A DNA stretch of 64,000 nucleotides. Source: Amoebidium appalachense. Taxonomy: Eukaryota; Protista; Ichthyosporea. The stretch is from positions 3,720,001 through 3,784,000 of the forward strand of contig CAVNZM010000006.1 of the NCBI GenBank assembly GCA_963693365.1, in the 5' to 3' direction. The notes under the pieces are model-generated. The model was not told the origin of the DNA, ran no database searches, and was given only the letters and a program-made list of their open reading frames with translations. Made by a program: the position numbers and the translations under genes. How positions within the stretch are numbered: position 1 is the stretch's first letter; every line of letters starts with the position of its first letter. Positions 49,702 through 63,316 of the stretch are shown here, in pieces.

Positions 49702-51785
49702 ATGGTGGCCCCGATCGCCTTCATCTCTTCATGTTTCATCCTTTTTACCTGTTTTACCCGCGCGTTTTCCTATGGGCAGGTAGTAGTTACATCTACCAAC
49801 ACCACAACAGTTACAACTCTTCAACTTTCAACCATCCGCACGTTTGCATCGACGTTCAAGACAACCGACACACTGGGAGCAACGGTGACCACAACAGAAC
49901 ATTTCGTGGATTTAACCCAAGTGCCTGCTATTTTGACACGAACAGTAACTGGAACTTTCACACTTACCCAAGTTTCTTCATCTTCACCGACACCCGTTAG
50001 TAGGGTAACTAGTACTACTACACCACAGGCGTCACAACAAACATATGAAACCACGACATACACCTCGTATTTTACTTCAACGTTTACGCAAATGAACTAT
50101 TTCAGTCAGCTTACTACAATAAGCGAGCCGTGGGCAACAATAGTCACATCTTCATTTCCAATCACTGCGTCAACCACTAGTAGTACTAGCGTTCCTACAC
50201 CCATTGTACTCACGTTTACAACTTCATACGAAACTAGTTTTTTTTACAGCTCAACAAAAATCACAACAAATTGGTTGAACAAGTTGACCACCATCTATGA
50301 ACCTATGGGTGCCTACTTCTACACAACACGCACATACACTACCACCATTGGATATGTTACACCCACACAAGCAGTCTCGACACCTGGTCCACCAAGCACA
50401 CATGTACAAGCAAACACAACACCCACGTCAACCATTCAGCCGATTGCCTCTTCACCAACAACAATCGTAACTTCTTCTTCATCCATTACATTCACCTCGG
50501 TAATAACATCAACGGTGCCATTACCAAACACAATCATCACTGAAACTACAGCCACATACTTAACAATAACCAGCAGTTCGTCCGCACCTACCTCTACATC
50601 TTCCACCCTACAGATGACCACTACATCCACATCTACACAGAAAACAACAGAAATTTCGTCAAACAAGCTGGCAGAAAGTACATACACCGTGTTAACCACC
50701 ATCGCAACACAAGCCACCACTACCGCGGTATCCATACCCACACAAACCACGAACTCCGAGTTCAGCGGCACTGGAACCGGTTCCGCAGGCACAGTTACTT
50801 CTGTAGGCAGCGAGTTTTTGGTTTGGTATCTCACTAACGAGAGTGCTATTGTTTCAAGCACCGAAAACACTCAGCTCATGACGACAGATACCTTGCAGCA
50901 GCTTATTGGCAGTGCAAAAGGTAGCTCCGAGCAGGGTGGTAATCAGTATGGGGCAGAATCAACAAGCGGCGTCGTTGTGGAATTCATGAATACCGCCACA
51001 GTTTCAGAAATTCAATCTACGATAAGCGGGGACGGCCGTGCAAGAGAAACTGTAGTAGGCACCGACAACACGCAATCTACGGAAAGCACGGTGGTTGAAT
51101 CGGTTGCAACTGAAACCGTCAAATCTACCGTTGGCTCGGGAAGCACAGTAATTTCTACCCAATCAGACACGGAAACTGTTTTACCGAGTGACAAAGGCCC
51201 AACCACTGCCAATGACAGCGCAGACACGGGTACCATCGAAAGTATGACTGGGCTTGTGACCGCGACCCAATCAGATCCAAGCTTTATATCCCCTACGACC
51301 ACTACAACCACAAGTGCGGGAAGCACAGTCCTTCTCAGCCAATCACAAGAAGGCGCTAACTTGCCTGAGAATGAGGGTACACCCACAGCCACCAGCGACA
51401 CTGGCCATGTGATTCCCACCCAATCAGAACACAGCATTAGCTCTACACCCACTACCATTTCTTTTGGTGCAGACCTCGGTCCGGCAGAGAGCAGGACCGC
51501 AGATGTGACTTCTAGCCAATCAAATCCAATGCCCACAACGACCCAAACGACCAATACGCAGAGTAGGTTTGGTTGTGCGGACCCATTGCATACCTCACTC
51601 ACTGATCATGACTTTGTATCCACGCTCCACCAGTCACCTCAACCGCCAGACAGAATCTGTGCTGAGAAACTCTTTACCATTATGCCCTCCAAACTCTTTA
51701 CCATTATGCCCTCCAAATTTCGACCCCTCCCCCCACCCCCTCCCCCCGCCCCTACCCTACCCCATCCTCTTTCCAGCCAATACAG

Positions 51786-51819
<34 letters not shown>

Positions 51820-52333
51820 TCCCTGCCCCTCCTCCCCTTGCCAACCCTGAACCAAGTGGGCGAAAATGGGCTGCTCAGTTTTGTGTCTGGGCTAAGAACC
51901 AAATTAGGTTAAATTACAAATTTATCTTACTTTTGATCGGATGCTGCGGAAACAGGGGTTCATATGATTGGTCAGAATGTCACGTGGGCTGGTATGGAAC
52001 ATTTTCCGCCGACCTTTGAAATTGCCATTGGAAACAATGTCGTCATCGGTAAGAAATTCCCTCCCTGCACACAGCATGTATTCCACTATAGGGTGCAACT
52101 CTATTCTCTCCCTCCAATAATCACCCCCCTTTTCCAGGTTCTCCTAGGGTCTCTGTAAGGCCCTCCCCCGCTCCCCCCACCACTCCCCCCCTTCCAATAA
52201 AAAAACCCCCCAAACCTCACCCCTCAACTAACCCACACACAAATTTCTTCCCTTCCATCCCATCTCCGCACCTTCCCTCGACCTTATCTCCTCATCTGTT
52301 GCATTCATCCACTCCTTCAACCACCCTTACCCC

Positions 52334-52384
<51 letters not shown>

Positions 52385-53294
52385 CCCGCCCGCCCGCCCC
52401 CCTACCCCTCCCCTGCCCCTTCCCCCGCCCGCCCCTCCCTCCTCCATCCACCCCCATATGCCCACCTCCACCCTATTCCCTTCAAGCCCTCACCACAAAT
52501 CTTCCGAATACCTGCCCTTGGCCCCGTGCCTCTGTTTGCTCAACGTACGCCTCAAAGCCACTCCAGTTAGAGAAATCTCTTGAGTTCTAATCGTCGTTTT
52601 TTCAAAGCCCCTGGTGACCAAAGTTCACCACTCTTTGACGTAAACATTTCCAACACAAAGTATTCGCACCCCTCCCTCCCCCCTCCCCCTTTTGCCCTGG
52701 CTCCCCTGCCCCCCTCCCTCCCCCCTCCTTCCTCCGCAGCTATCTTCCCCCCCCCCCCCCCCCCCCTCCCGTCCATGCCCGAATTCGCTGTGAATTCGAA
52801 CCATGTGGGATAAGCACCTAGCCCACGTGTATCAAGAGTATTCATGGCTACCTCTACGCTCTCTCTGAGTGTGGTTAAAATCATAGTAGCGGGGAAGCAA
52901 ACCTCTCTTACACAATTTACTGACAAATAAATCAACAGCCGCAGATGCCAAATTAGGAAATTGTGTGAGCGTTGGCCACGACACGACGATAGCCTCAAAC
53001 GTGTCGGTGCAGGAGGGGGTTGTGATTGGTGCAAGTGTTACCATAAATGGAAATGTGGTTCTGGCCCCAGGTAGTGTGATTGCAGATCATGTGGTGATTG
53101 GGAGTTCCAGCATTCTGGAAAACGTAGAGGTAAAGAGTCGCACAAAAACACACGGACACACATGCACACACACACACAAACACAATCACACACTCACACA
53201 TGCACGCGCGCTCGTGCACGCACACACGTGAGCGCACGCACACACGCGCGCGCGCACACACACACACACATACACACACAGACAAAAACACATA

Positions 53295-53374
<80 letters not shown>

Positions 53375-53512
53375 AGTGCAAGCACGCGCGCACACACACA
53401 GACACACACGTGTGTGCACACACACAGGCACACGCGTGCGTGCACAAACACACACACAAACACACACACAAATAAACACACACACACACACAACACACAC
53501 AACATACGCACA

Positions 53513-53587
<75 letters not shown>

Positions 53588-53650
53588 ATACACACAGAGT
53601 TTCCCCCTCCCGGCCCCCTCTCCTTCCCCATTCCAACAACCCTCCAGCCC

Positions 53651-53686
<36 letters not shown>

Positions 53687-55523
53687 CCCTCCATCCCCCC
53701 GCCCCCCCCAGGCACTCACACACACACGTCCCCTCGACTAGATATTTCACCTCACCTTCACCTGTCGCTCAATTCAGTTTCACTACGACCCCAACCTTTT
53801 GCCCCCTTCCACTCCTACTCCAGTCCATCAGCTAGGCTGTACCCTCCCTGCCCCACCCAATCTCCCTCCCACCCCACCACCCATCCCTAGTGACATCAAT
53901 AACCCCTTCACCCCCCCCCCCTCCTCCCCCCCCCCTTCACCCCACCCATATCCACGAGTCACCCTATCGTCATTCATCTGTCGTCACCCCCCTCCCCCCT
54001 CCCCCCTTCCCCCTCCTATGTCCCCTTTTGATCCCCTGTGAATCCGGTATCCCCCCTGTGTCCTCCCCTACTTCTCCCCACCTCCAATATCTTTCATTTC
54101 TCCTTATGTATACTCACCACTTCCTCCGAACTGGGCAGTGGCAATGTGTCTCAAGTAGAGGTTGATGTGCCAATTATGTTTATACCTCCCCCTCCCCCCC
54201 CCCCCCCCCCCCCCCCCCCGTGTCACCCCCCCGCGTCCTCCCGCCTTCCCTGCCCTTCTCACAGGGCACACTTACACTAAATTATTTTCTCTTTCTCCCC
54301 TCCTCCCCTTCCACCCCTCTTGTTGTGTTTGTTTGTTGAACTTCGCCCCCCTCCCCCCCTACCCCCCCCCCCCCCCCCCCCCCGATGCACACAAACACAC
54401 CAAAAAAAAAATCCCATTCCCCCATTCGGGCCTCGCCTCCCCCCTCTCCCCTCCCCCCCCTGATCCGCCCCCACCCCCCTTCCCTCGCCTCCCCCCAAAG
54501 ACACACACGCACACACACACACACACACAGCACACACACACAATATCTTCCCCCTTCCATCATCCCTCCTCTCCCTGGTATTATGGGACAATATTTGCCC
54601 TTTTCCATGAATCTCCCCTTTCTGCTGACACTCACCCTTCAATTCTGTGTTCTCTCACCTTCCCGGCTTATTTCACAGGTAAAGAGATCTGTTCAGATCG
54701 GAGCTGGATCGGTCTTATCGGATGCTGTGATTGGTGCCGGGGCCAAGATCGGGAGCAACACACTAATCCTAAAGTCTAAAAATAGAAGGTATGCGCCCCA
54801 TGCTGATCACATCCAACATTCACCCCCCTGTCATTTCCTTGGACTCTAGCTTTTGCATTATGCTCTGCCCATTCTCAGGCAATTACTATCCTTATTAAAT
54901 CCCCCCCTCCTCCCCCAACCCCCCATCCTTCACTTCTACCCCCCTTGCCCCTCCCCACGAACCCCGCAATCCCATTCAATCCCTCGTTGCTCTCATGATA
55001 AGGTTTCTTTCCCCACACCATTATCCTTGGATTCCTCCTACTACTCCGTCCTACCCCGTCCCCTTTTCCGACTTTCTCCCCTCCCCCCCCCCCCCCCCTC
55101 CCCCCCCCTCCCCCCTCCCCTCCCCCCACCTGCCTCAGGCCCCAGCCTGCCTCACTACGTTCAAGATCACACCAAGTCAAATCCACTTTCCTCCCGATTC
55201 CCGATGTGGCCCTGCCATCCCCTCAACCCCCCCCTCCCCCCCACTTCCCCCCCCCCCGGCCAATGACCTATAGGTCAATACACAACACACGAACAGACAC
55301 GCACACAACTTGAACCCTGCTTCCTTAGATTCCTCCCCGGTTCCCCTTCCCCCCTCCCCCGTCCCCTCTTTCCTTTCACCCTAACGCCCCACATACATAC
55401 ACAGCCACCCACACACGAACATACACACACACACACACAAGCACACACACACACACCCACGTGCGCACGCCCATATGCACACGCAAACACGCGCGCATGC
55501 CTCCCCCCCCCCCCCCCAAAAAA

Positions 55524-55554
<31 letters not shown>

Positions 55555-56104
55555 CACACACAGGAGGGTAGCCGTCCGTCTCAAGCGCACATCCATCGGG
55601 GAAAATGCAGATATCGGAGGTAGGCAATCTCTAACCATATTCAGCAGCCCCTCCTCCCCTCCCTCCTCCCCCTCCGTCCCCCCTTCCCCCCCTTCCTCAT
55701 TCTCACTCCTTCTCACGCCCTCCCCCTCCCCACCCCCCCCCTCTTCCCTTCCCCCTCTCCCCCCCTGGCGGTTTTCTTACCCATCTAACCCCCTCATTCT
55801 GGATATACGCTATACACGCCCCCTCCTCCACCCCCACCACCTTAAGACACCTCGTGCTGACCCATCCCTTCACTCCCTCTTCATGCCCACATCCCCCCCT
55901 CTTTCCCCCTTGCCCCCCCCCCCCCCCCCCCCCCCCTCCTACATTGCTAATCTACCCACTCCACAAGTCTCTTTGCTCCATCCACTTACTTGCCCTTACC
56001 ACCCTTACATTCCAACCATCACAAACCCTCCTGAATTTCCTCCTAGTGGCCACATCTAATTCATTCATGCATGTATTGCCACTTGCCATTGAAGTGTTAC
56101 CTCT

Positions 56105-56146
<42 letters not shown>

Positions 56147-56362
56147 CCCCTCCCCCTTCCTCAAAAAAAAAAAAAAAAAAAAAAAAAAACCTCACATACA
56201 CAAGAAAATACTCCTCTGGTCCTGATTTCCCGATAAAACTGGAAGAAGAATCACGGGCGCCGTTGTGAGATTCAACCAATACCTCTTTATCGTCTTACGT
56301 GTGTGTGCATTTTGTTCCCTCCCTCCCCCCCCCCTCCCCCTCCCCCCTCTCGACCGTACAAA

Positions 56363-56405
<43 letters not shown>

Positions 56406-56772
56406 CGGCCCCACTCTACCACCACTTTCATCATCTTGCAGCATATGAAACCTTACCTAGATATGTTTGCTCTCAGACGGCACGACCCTGTGTTCTGGCT
56501 TTGTAAGTGGTCGGGATCTTATACTCGGACGGAACAATCTTATTGCCTGCGTGAACTCAACCTTAGTGAGAGACTGCGTCACCATCGGAGGTGTGCGCCC
56601 CTTCCGCCGCCCCCTCCTCCGCACCCCCCTCCCCCTCTCACCTCTCTTTTTGCCCCCCTCATCCTCCCGCCTCCTCAATTCCCCCATTCACCCCCTCCCC
56701 ACTCAACCCCTATCTCCCTGTCCCCTGCCCGCCCCCCGCCCCCCTCCCCCCCCTCCCCCCCTCCCCCCCCTC

Positions 56773-56811
<39 letters not shown>

Positions 56812-57939
56812 CCCTCCCCCCCCCGCCTTCCCTTTCGGTAGAATGAATACGACACACACCGAACTGCCCGCCGTGGTAAAAGTGTGTTTGATTGTTATAG
56901 TAAGCCCCTCTCTTCCCAATAACTTGATCTAACTCCTCAAGCCCTCTCTCCTCCTATTCAAATCCCTCCCCCTCTCTCCCCCCTCTCCCCCCCCCTCTCC
57001 CCCCCCCCCCTCTCGCCCCCCGCACACAAACACACTCACACATCTTTGCCACGAGGGTTTTTTAACCCACTTTGTACAAACTTGCTGGTGTCCGGTACCA
57101 GTTCCATTGTCACCCAGGGAAGGGGGGAGGGGGGGGGGGGGGGGGGGGGGGGGGGAAGGGAATGATATGGGTGGTTGGGAGGGGGGGGGGTGGGGGAGTG
57201 GGAACAACGGGGAGGAAGCCGTGGAGGAGAGGGGCCGGATGGGGGGAGGGGGGAGGGGGGAGGGCATTAATGAGGCGGAGAGGGAGGAGGGGGGAGGGGG
57301 GAGGGGAAGGGGGGTAGTGGGGAGTATACGAATAAAAGGCTGGCTTGAACTATGATGGGTGATTCTATAAAATGAGGATCAGAATAATGGGGTAGCCCGA
57401 AGGTTGTCAAAGAGAGATAATGGCTGGTTCGTGTGTTTGGAAAAAAGCAGAGCGGAAGCTTGTGGCCATTAAGGGATTGTGATTGGCTCGTACTGACCAA
57501 TCAAATTGACTATCCACATGCAAACGGTAGATGCAAATACGTTTCGGGTGGATGGACGGGTAGACAGCAGTGCAAAAATCGGCAGCAACAACCAGGTAAT
57601 GCCCCCCTTCCCCCTTCCCCCCCCCCCCCCCCCCCCCCTCCCCCCCCCCCCCCCCACTCACCCCCCTCCCCCTCCCCCTCCCCCTCCTTCCCCCCCTTCC
57701 CCCCCCCCCCCCCCCCCCAAAAAAAAAAAAAAAAAAAAAAAAAACGAGGGGAAGGAAACCACACATACTGCTCCCTCTCCATTTAGTAACGTCCCTATGC
57801 AAATTCAGTGTGCTTGTTTGGTTTAAAATTCATACCGTCTTGTCTTATGGGGTGTGCTTTTGCCACCGAATTTGAGCCCCCCCCCCCCCCCCGGCCCCCC
57901 CTCCCCCCGCCCCCCCCCCTTCCCCCCCCCCCCCCCCTC

Positions 57940-57970
<31 letters not shown>

Positions 57971-59836
57971 ACACACACACACCAAGCAAACACATACGCA
58001 AGGAGATATACAGCAGAAGCAATGAATGCAACCGAAAGCCTCAAAAACGAGAAAACACAGCAACTAATTTGCAATGTTGCTCTGCACCCTACCCACCCCC
58101 CTATCGTCCAAAGACATTTCCTTATTCACACCCAGCAGTGATACCTTACACCCATGCCTTCCTGAGTAAGGGCCCAAAACGCACTTCTTTTTGTCTGTGT
58201 GGTGGTGTGATGCGAGAGGGAGCAGTGGGGGGGGGGGGGGGGGGGGGGGAGGGGGGGGGAGGGGGGGGGGGGGGGGGGGGGGGAGGAGAGGGGGGAGGGG
58301 GCGATATTTGTGTGTGTGTGGTGGTAGTGGCTGGGAGAGGGAAGGGATGTGAGGGAGGGACGGCCGGAGAGGGGGGGGGGGGGGGGGGAGGGGGATAAGC
58401 AAACGAGGGAACACTCCCAATATTATCTTTCCCCAGTAATCACACAGCTTAATACTATTTCCATCAAGAAACCACATCTCGCAACCAACGCTTCCTCTCC
58501 TTCAACCATCCCCACACTCTGAATCCCCCGTCACCCCCCCTCCCCCACCCCCCCACCCCCCCCCTCCCCTGCCCTTCTTTCCTTCCCCCCTCCTCCCCAC
58601 CCCCCCATCCCTCTCCCTCCTCTCTTCCCCCTGAAAACCACCCCCCCCACAACCCCAGACCGCCCAGGCCAAACAACCGACCATCTTCCACACATACACA
58701 CACGTACTAATCTAATCCAACCTTCTCCATTCACCCTCCCTCCCCACTCTACGCACCAACCCATCTCCCTCCCCTCCCTTCCCCCATCCCCCCCCCCCCC
58801 CCTCCTCCCTCCCCCTCCCCCCATGCATCGCAAAAAAAAAAAAAAAAAAAAAAAAAACTACTGAAAACCAAGTTCGAATCTTCGTTCTACGTCGGTGAAG
58901 GCGCAACTGTAGGGGACGGCAACCACTTCCACCAGCCCATCATGATCCCCCCAAACCACAACATATCCAACAGGCAGGATATCTGGGCTGAAAATTTGAA
59001 CGATGAGAGTGAAAGTGGAATGAACAAAATAATTCTGAGGGCAGCATTTGGCGTTGCTGCTGCAGTGGTGCTAGTGGTGGGGATATGGGGAGCCACGATA
59101 TATGTAAAGAAAATGAAGGGAAGAGAAAGACGTAAGGTAAGTGGGCTCTGACATGTTTATTTGCAAATGGGCATTCCTCCTCTCCCTCCCCCCCCCCCCC
59201 CCTCTTTTTCGAGCTCCCCATTTACCTTCATCCAGCCACGCTCTAACTCTCCTGGTTGACTTTGTGATTTTCAAAAAGTCTTTTCCAGCTTTCTTGAGTA
59301 TGTGACAGAAAGATTGTGTTTGGCCTGGACGGGTGGAGGGCGGAGATTGGAGGGAGCGACGGGAGGGTGGTATTTGGGAGGAGGGCTGTGAGGGGAGAGA
59401 GAGTTTTTGTGTGTGTGTGTGTGGGGGGAGGGGGGGGGGGGGGGGAAGGGGGTGAAGGGGGGGAGGGGGGAGGAGGAATGTTGAATAGGGCATATCCGTC
59501 AGATTTGAACTCCACCGCAGCCTTACTAGTCGTGTAAGAGAAAAGGAACCTCAGTGAGTTAAACTTAGCGAGACACTATTTTGTGGATCCACTTCATATG
59601 AGCCTTGTATGAGGTGTGTTCTAATTCCCGAGCATCAGCTTTAACATTGAAAACATCGCACCATTCACTCCTAATGTAATTCAACCCGTTTTTTATTGCA
59701 GGCGCCCGGATGCAGCCACATGTCTAGCTCATCCACAAATGGGTTAATTGGTGGCAGCACCCGTAACCTGGACCTGAGTGACATGCAGGGCAGCTACAGC
59801 AGCACATATACAGGTGGGCCAATAGAATATAAGTGA
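49702..59836 (+). CDS. Type I membrane glycoprotein: signal peptide, Ser/Thr mucin-like region of about 600 aa, hexapeptide-repeat (left-handed beta-helix) domain, TM helix and short cytoplasmic tail; about 962 aa, 9 exons
   Basis: Exons 49702-51562, 51956-52048, 52939-53129, 54679-54788, 55564-55619, 56477-56590, 57531-57595, 58873-59136, 59702-59836 join in phase through GT-AG (2889 nt). Signal peptide MVAPIAFISSCFILFTCFTRAFS. Six-residue periodicity IGNNVV-IAADAK-LGNCVS-VGHDTT-IASNVS-VQEGVV-IGASVT-INGNVV-LAPGSV-IADHVV-IGSSS. TM segment AAFGVAAAVVLVVGIWGATIYV followed by the basic stretch KKMKGRERRK. Confidence 0.8.
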
Positions 59837-59980
59837 AAAAAGTAAATCCATGCAACCTCAATCACGCTCTATGTGTCACTAAGTGTGCGAATGCAAAGTG
59901 GTGGGTAGTGTGTATGTTTTAGGGGGAGCTGAGAACAAGCTAGCCAAGAGTTATGTACATGTCACAGATTCCGACCGATG

Positions 59981-60072
<92 letters not shown>

Positions 60073-60084
60073 CGCACGCACACG

Positions 60085-60181
<97 letters not shown>

Positions 60182-60689
60182 ACACACACAAACACACTGA
60201 CACACACACACAAAGGCTACAACAGAGAGACGAGCTCTCTCTCATCTCCCTCCGTACTATCGGACTTCAAAACCGATTCACGACCCCTCGAGGACTGGAA
60301 TACTCTAGATGTGAGAACCCCCCCTTCCCCCCCCCCCCCCCCCCCTCCGTCCCCCCCTCCCCCCTTCCCCCCCCCCTCCCCCCCCCCCCCCTTCCCCCCG
60401 CCAAAACGCATGCACACCCACCCCGCAACCCCTTTGCCTCTCCTCTTTGCCCCTTCCTCACTACTGTCTCCCCCCCCCCCCTAACAACCCCCACAAACTC
60501 CCACCCACCCCCCCCCCTCCCTCTAGGAGACTTACCCCCCCTTCCCTCCCCTTCCTCCCGCAATGACCACGCATTGATATGAGCTCCACTTAGATGTATG
60601 GGGTGGTATTATAGGTTATCGTGTTTTACGACCTCACCCTTCTGAAAAAGTGCAGTAGCCTGCCTCGAAGATCCCCGTGTCCATGGGGC

Positions 60690-60724
<35 letters not shown>

Positions 60725-60748
60725 TTTTGTCGGGGCGGCAGGGCGGGG

Positions 60749-60788
<40 letters not shown>

Positions 60789-61063
60789 GGGGGGGAGGGG
60801 GGGGGGGGAAGGGGGGGGGGGAGGGGGTCCGGGGGCTAATTTTCTTTGCTTTTCCCCCCCCCCCCATTTTTAGTCGTGTTCTCCAATGGTGCTTGGTTTT
60901 GCTTTGCTTTTAAGCTTTACAATCTCTCTAACGCATTTATTTACTTCCCCCCCCCCCCCCCCTCCCCTCCCCCCGCCCACCACCGCCGCCTCTCTCTCCT
61001 CCCTCTCCCCCCCCCCCCCCCCCCCAACACACACACACACACACACATACGCATCATCTCAGG

Positions 61064-61347
61064 TGTACACGAACATAGCAAAGAAAGCTCCTCCCTCAGC
61101 AGCCAAATACGCAGCAACCATCTACCGCATGCGGGTGACAGGTATGTGTTCTGCATTCTGATTGGAGGAGTACCACTATTCGGGGCTGTGATTGGTTCAC
61201 TTTTGCTCTTTTATGGCAGTGCACCATACATCGAGGAAGTCATTGTTGGCTCTGCTAGAAAAGTGAGGGCGGCCATTTTAAGCGATGGGGGAGAGAAAAG
61301 GGAGGGGGATATGGGCCTATAGAGAGCATACAAAGGAACCGCGGCAG
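61064..61347 (+). pseudogene. Possible orphan exon of a membrane-protein gene with a frameshift
   Basis: Flanked by CTCAG| and |GTGAGG. VYTNIAKKAPPSAAKYAATIYRMRVTGMCSAF shifts frame near 61158 into LIGGVPLFGAVIGSLLLFYGSAPYIEEVI. No room for upstream exons after the mucin gene. Confidence 0.3.
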
Positions 61348-61658
61348 GTGAGGAGTTACGGGAAGGGGGGTGGGGTGAGGGGGGTGGGGGGCTGGGGGGA
61401 GGGGTGCTGGTGGTGGTGGTGGAGGGGGGGGGGGGGGGGGGGGGGGGGATTGCAATAATAGCATACAGCGTGCATGTAAAGCACACCGTGATGTGTGTGT
61501 GTGTACGTGGGGTAGGGGGGAAGGGGGGGGGGGGGGGGGGGGGGGGGGATTGAATTGTCCATAAACATGTGGATGACTGCACAGGTAAAGATTTGATGGA
61601 GTTGACAACACAACAGCTGATAGGGAAAATGAACAGCTGGCATGTGGCCCCACAGGAC

Positions 61659-61704
<46 letters not shown>

Positions 61705-62121
61705 TCTCTGTGTGCCTCCACGGGTCTATGGCAATACAGTAGTGGTGGTGGCAGTGGACGGAGAGGTAGGGGGGAGGTGAGGGGGAAGAGAGGGAGGGAG
61801 GGAGGGGGGAATGAAGGTGTGTGTGGTTTGTGCCTGTGTGTCTCAATCCGTGGGTTGTGTGTGATGGTTGCCACCCATCCATATCCAATACAACAGCATT
61901 TTGGTTCCTGGTGCACGTTCTCGTCTCATTGTCGCTGCATTGAGCTTACCCCCTTGCCCCCCTTTCCCCAATGTGTTTACAGCTGCAATGCACACTCCCC
62001 CTCCCCCTCCCCTTTCCTCCCCCGTACACACACCGACACACAGCAACCCTGCCTGTTCTCCCCAACCTGATTGAACATCCCCCTCGCCGCCCCCCCCCCC
62101 CCCCCCCCCCCCGATCTCCCC

Positions 62122-62175
<54 letters not shown>

Positions 62176-62609
62176 CTCCACCCCCACTCATTCCTCCCCA
62201 ACTTCCCCCCCCCCCCCCACCCTCCCCCCGTCTCCCTCTCAAACACCCATCCCTGCAGGCCTGGTCTAGAGCGCTACATCATGTTTCTACGTGTGTCCAC
62301 CAACACATTGGCCGCCACAGACCCCAGAACCGGCACTGCTATGGTTTAGCCAATCAGGTATCATAAAATAAGTTGCAAAGCATATTACATGTAGTCAAAT
62401 TGTCATATGATTGATCAAATAGGCATGAACTGTCCCCAGGGTCCATATGGGCAGAAAAGTAGCCTTTCCAGGCTGGACGAGAAAATTCGAGCGAAATACT
62501 GGCAAACGATTCCTTGCCCCCTCTCTTAGCTGCATATAGGGACCTAAAGATCTTCTTTCGGGCTTGTTGTTGGGCAACACCCACTCTCCAGCCCTCACCA
62601 CCTCCCCTA

Positions 62610-62662
<53 letters not shown>

Positions 62663-62759
62663 ACACATGCCTGCAGGCTTGTGCACACAGCAACACGGAT
62701 ACGCCGTGGACACACACATAATCAAACAAACACACATGCACACACCACACGCACACACA

Positions 62760-62896
<137 letters not shown>

Positions 62897-63170
62897 TGAC
62901 ACAAAAACAGGCAGACACACAAAGGCACATGCACACATTTCTGTTCAGCTGCACACACACAACATTAACACATACACAAAAAAAAAGATTTAAATGCAGT
63001 ATTGATCCTGTACTAGGATCTACTGTTACTGAATAATGGTCCAATCTGCCAATAACTAAGCGCAGATTTTAGTGCACGAACAGAATAACATTTGCATGTG
63101 CATATAAACATTCGGGATTAGACGTTTCCTCTACGCCATGCTTTCATTTTTTATATATGATGTATGTGTA

Positions 63171-63316
63171 CTATAGTATAGTTTTTATGTCCTCCTCTTT
63201 TTGTGTGGGAGAGACCGTTCGACATGCCCAGGCCGCGGGCACTGCTATTGGCAATGACAGAGACCATATGGTCTTTAAGCTATTAAAGAAAACCAGAAAG
63301 CTCCATTCATTCAGAT
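63171..63316 (-). CDS. Possible terminal exon of a gene extending beyond the window
   Basis: CCAG| acceptor, then LNEWSFLVFFNSLKTIWSLSLPIAVPAAWACRTVSPTQKEEDIKTIL*. Complex sequence among repeats. No homology recognised. Confidence 0.25.

Noticed and set aside
51563-51912. C-terminal extension of the 736-aa mucin ORF, including a 24-bp tandem duplicate (KLFTIMPS x2)
   Set aside because: Read-through into intron 1. The donor at 51563 joins in phase to the hexapeptide exons.
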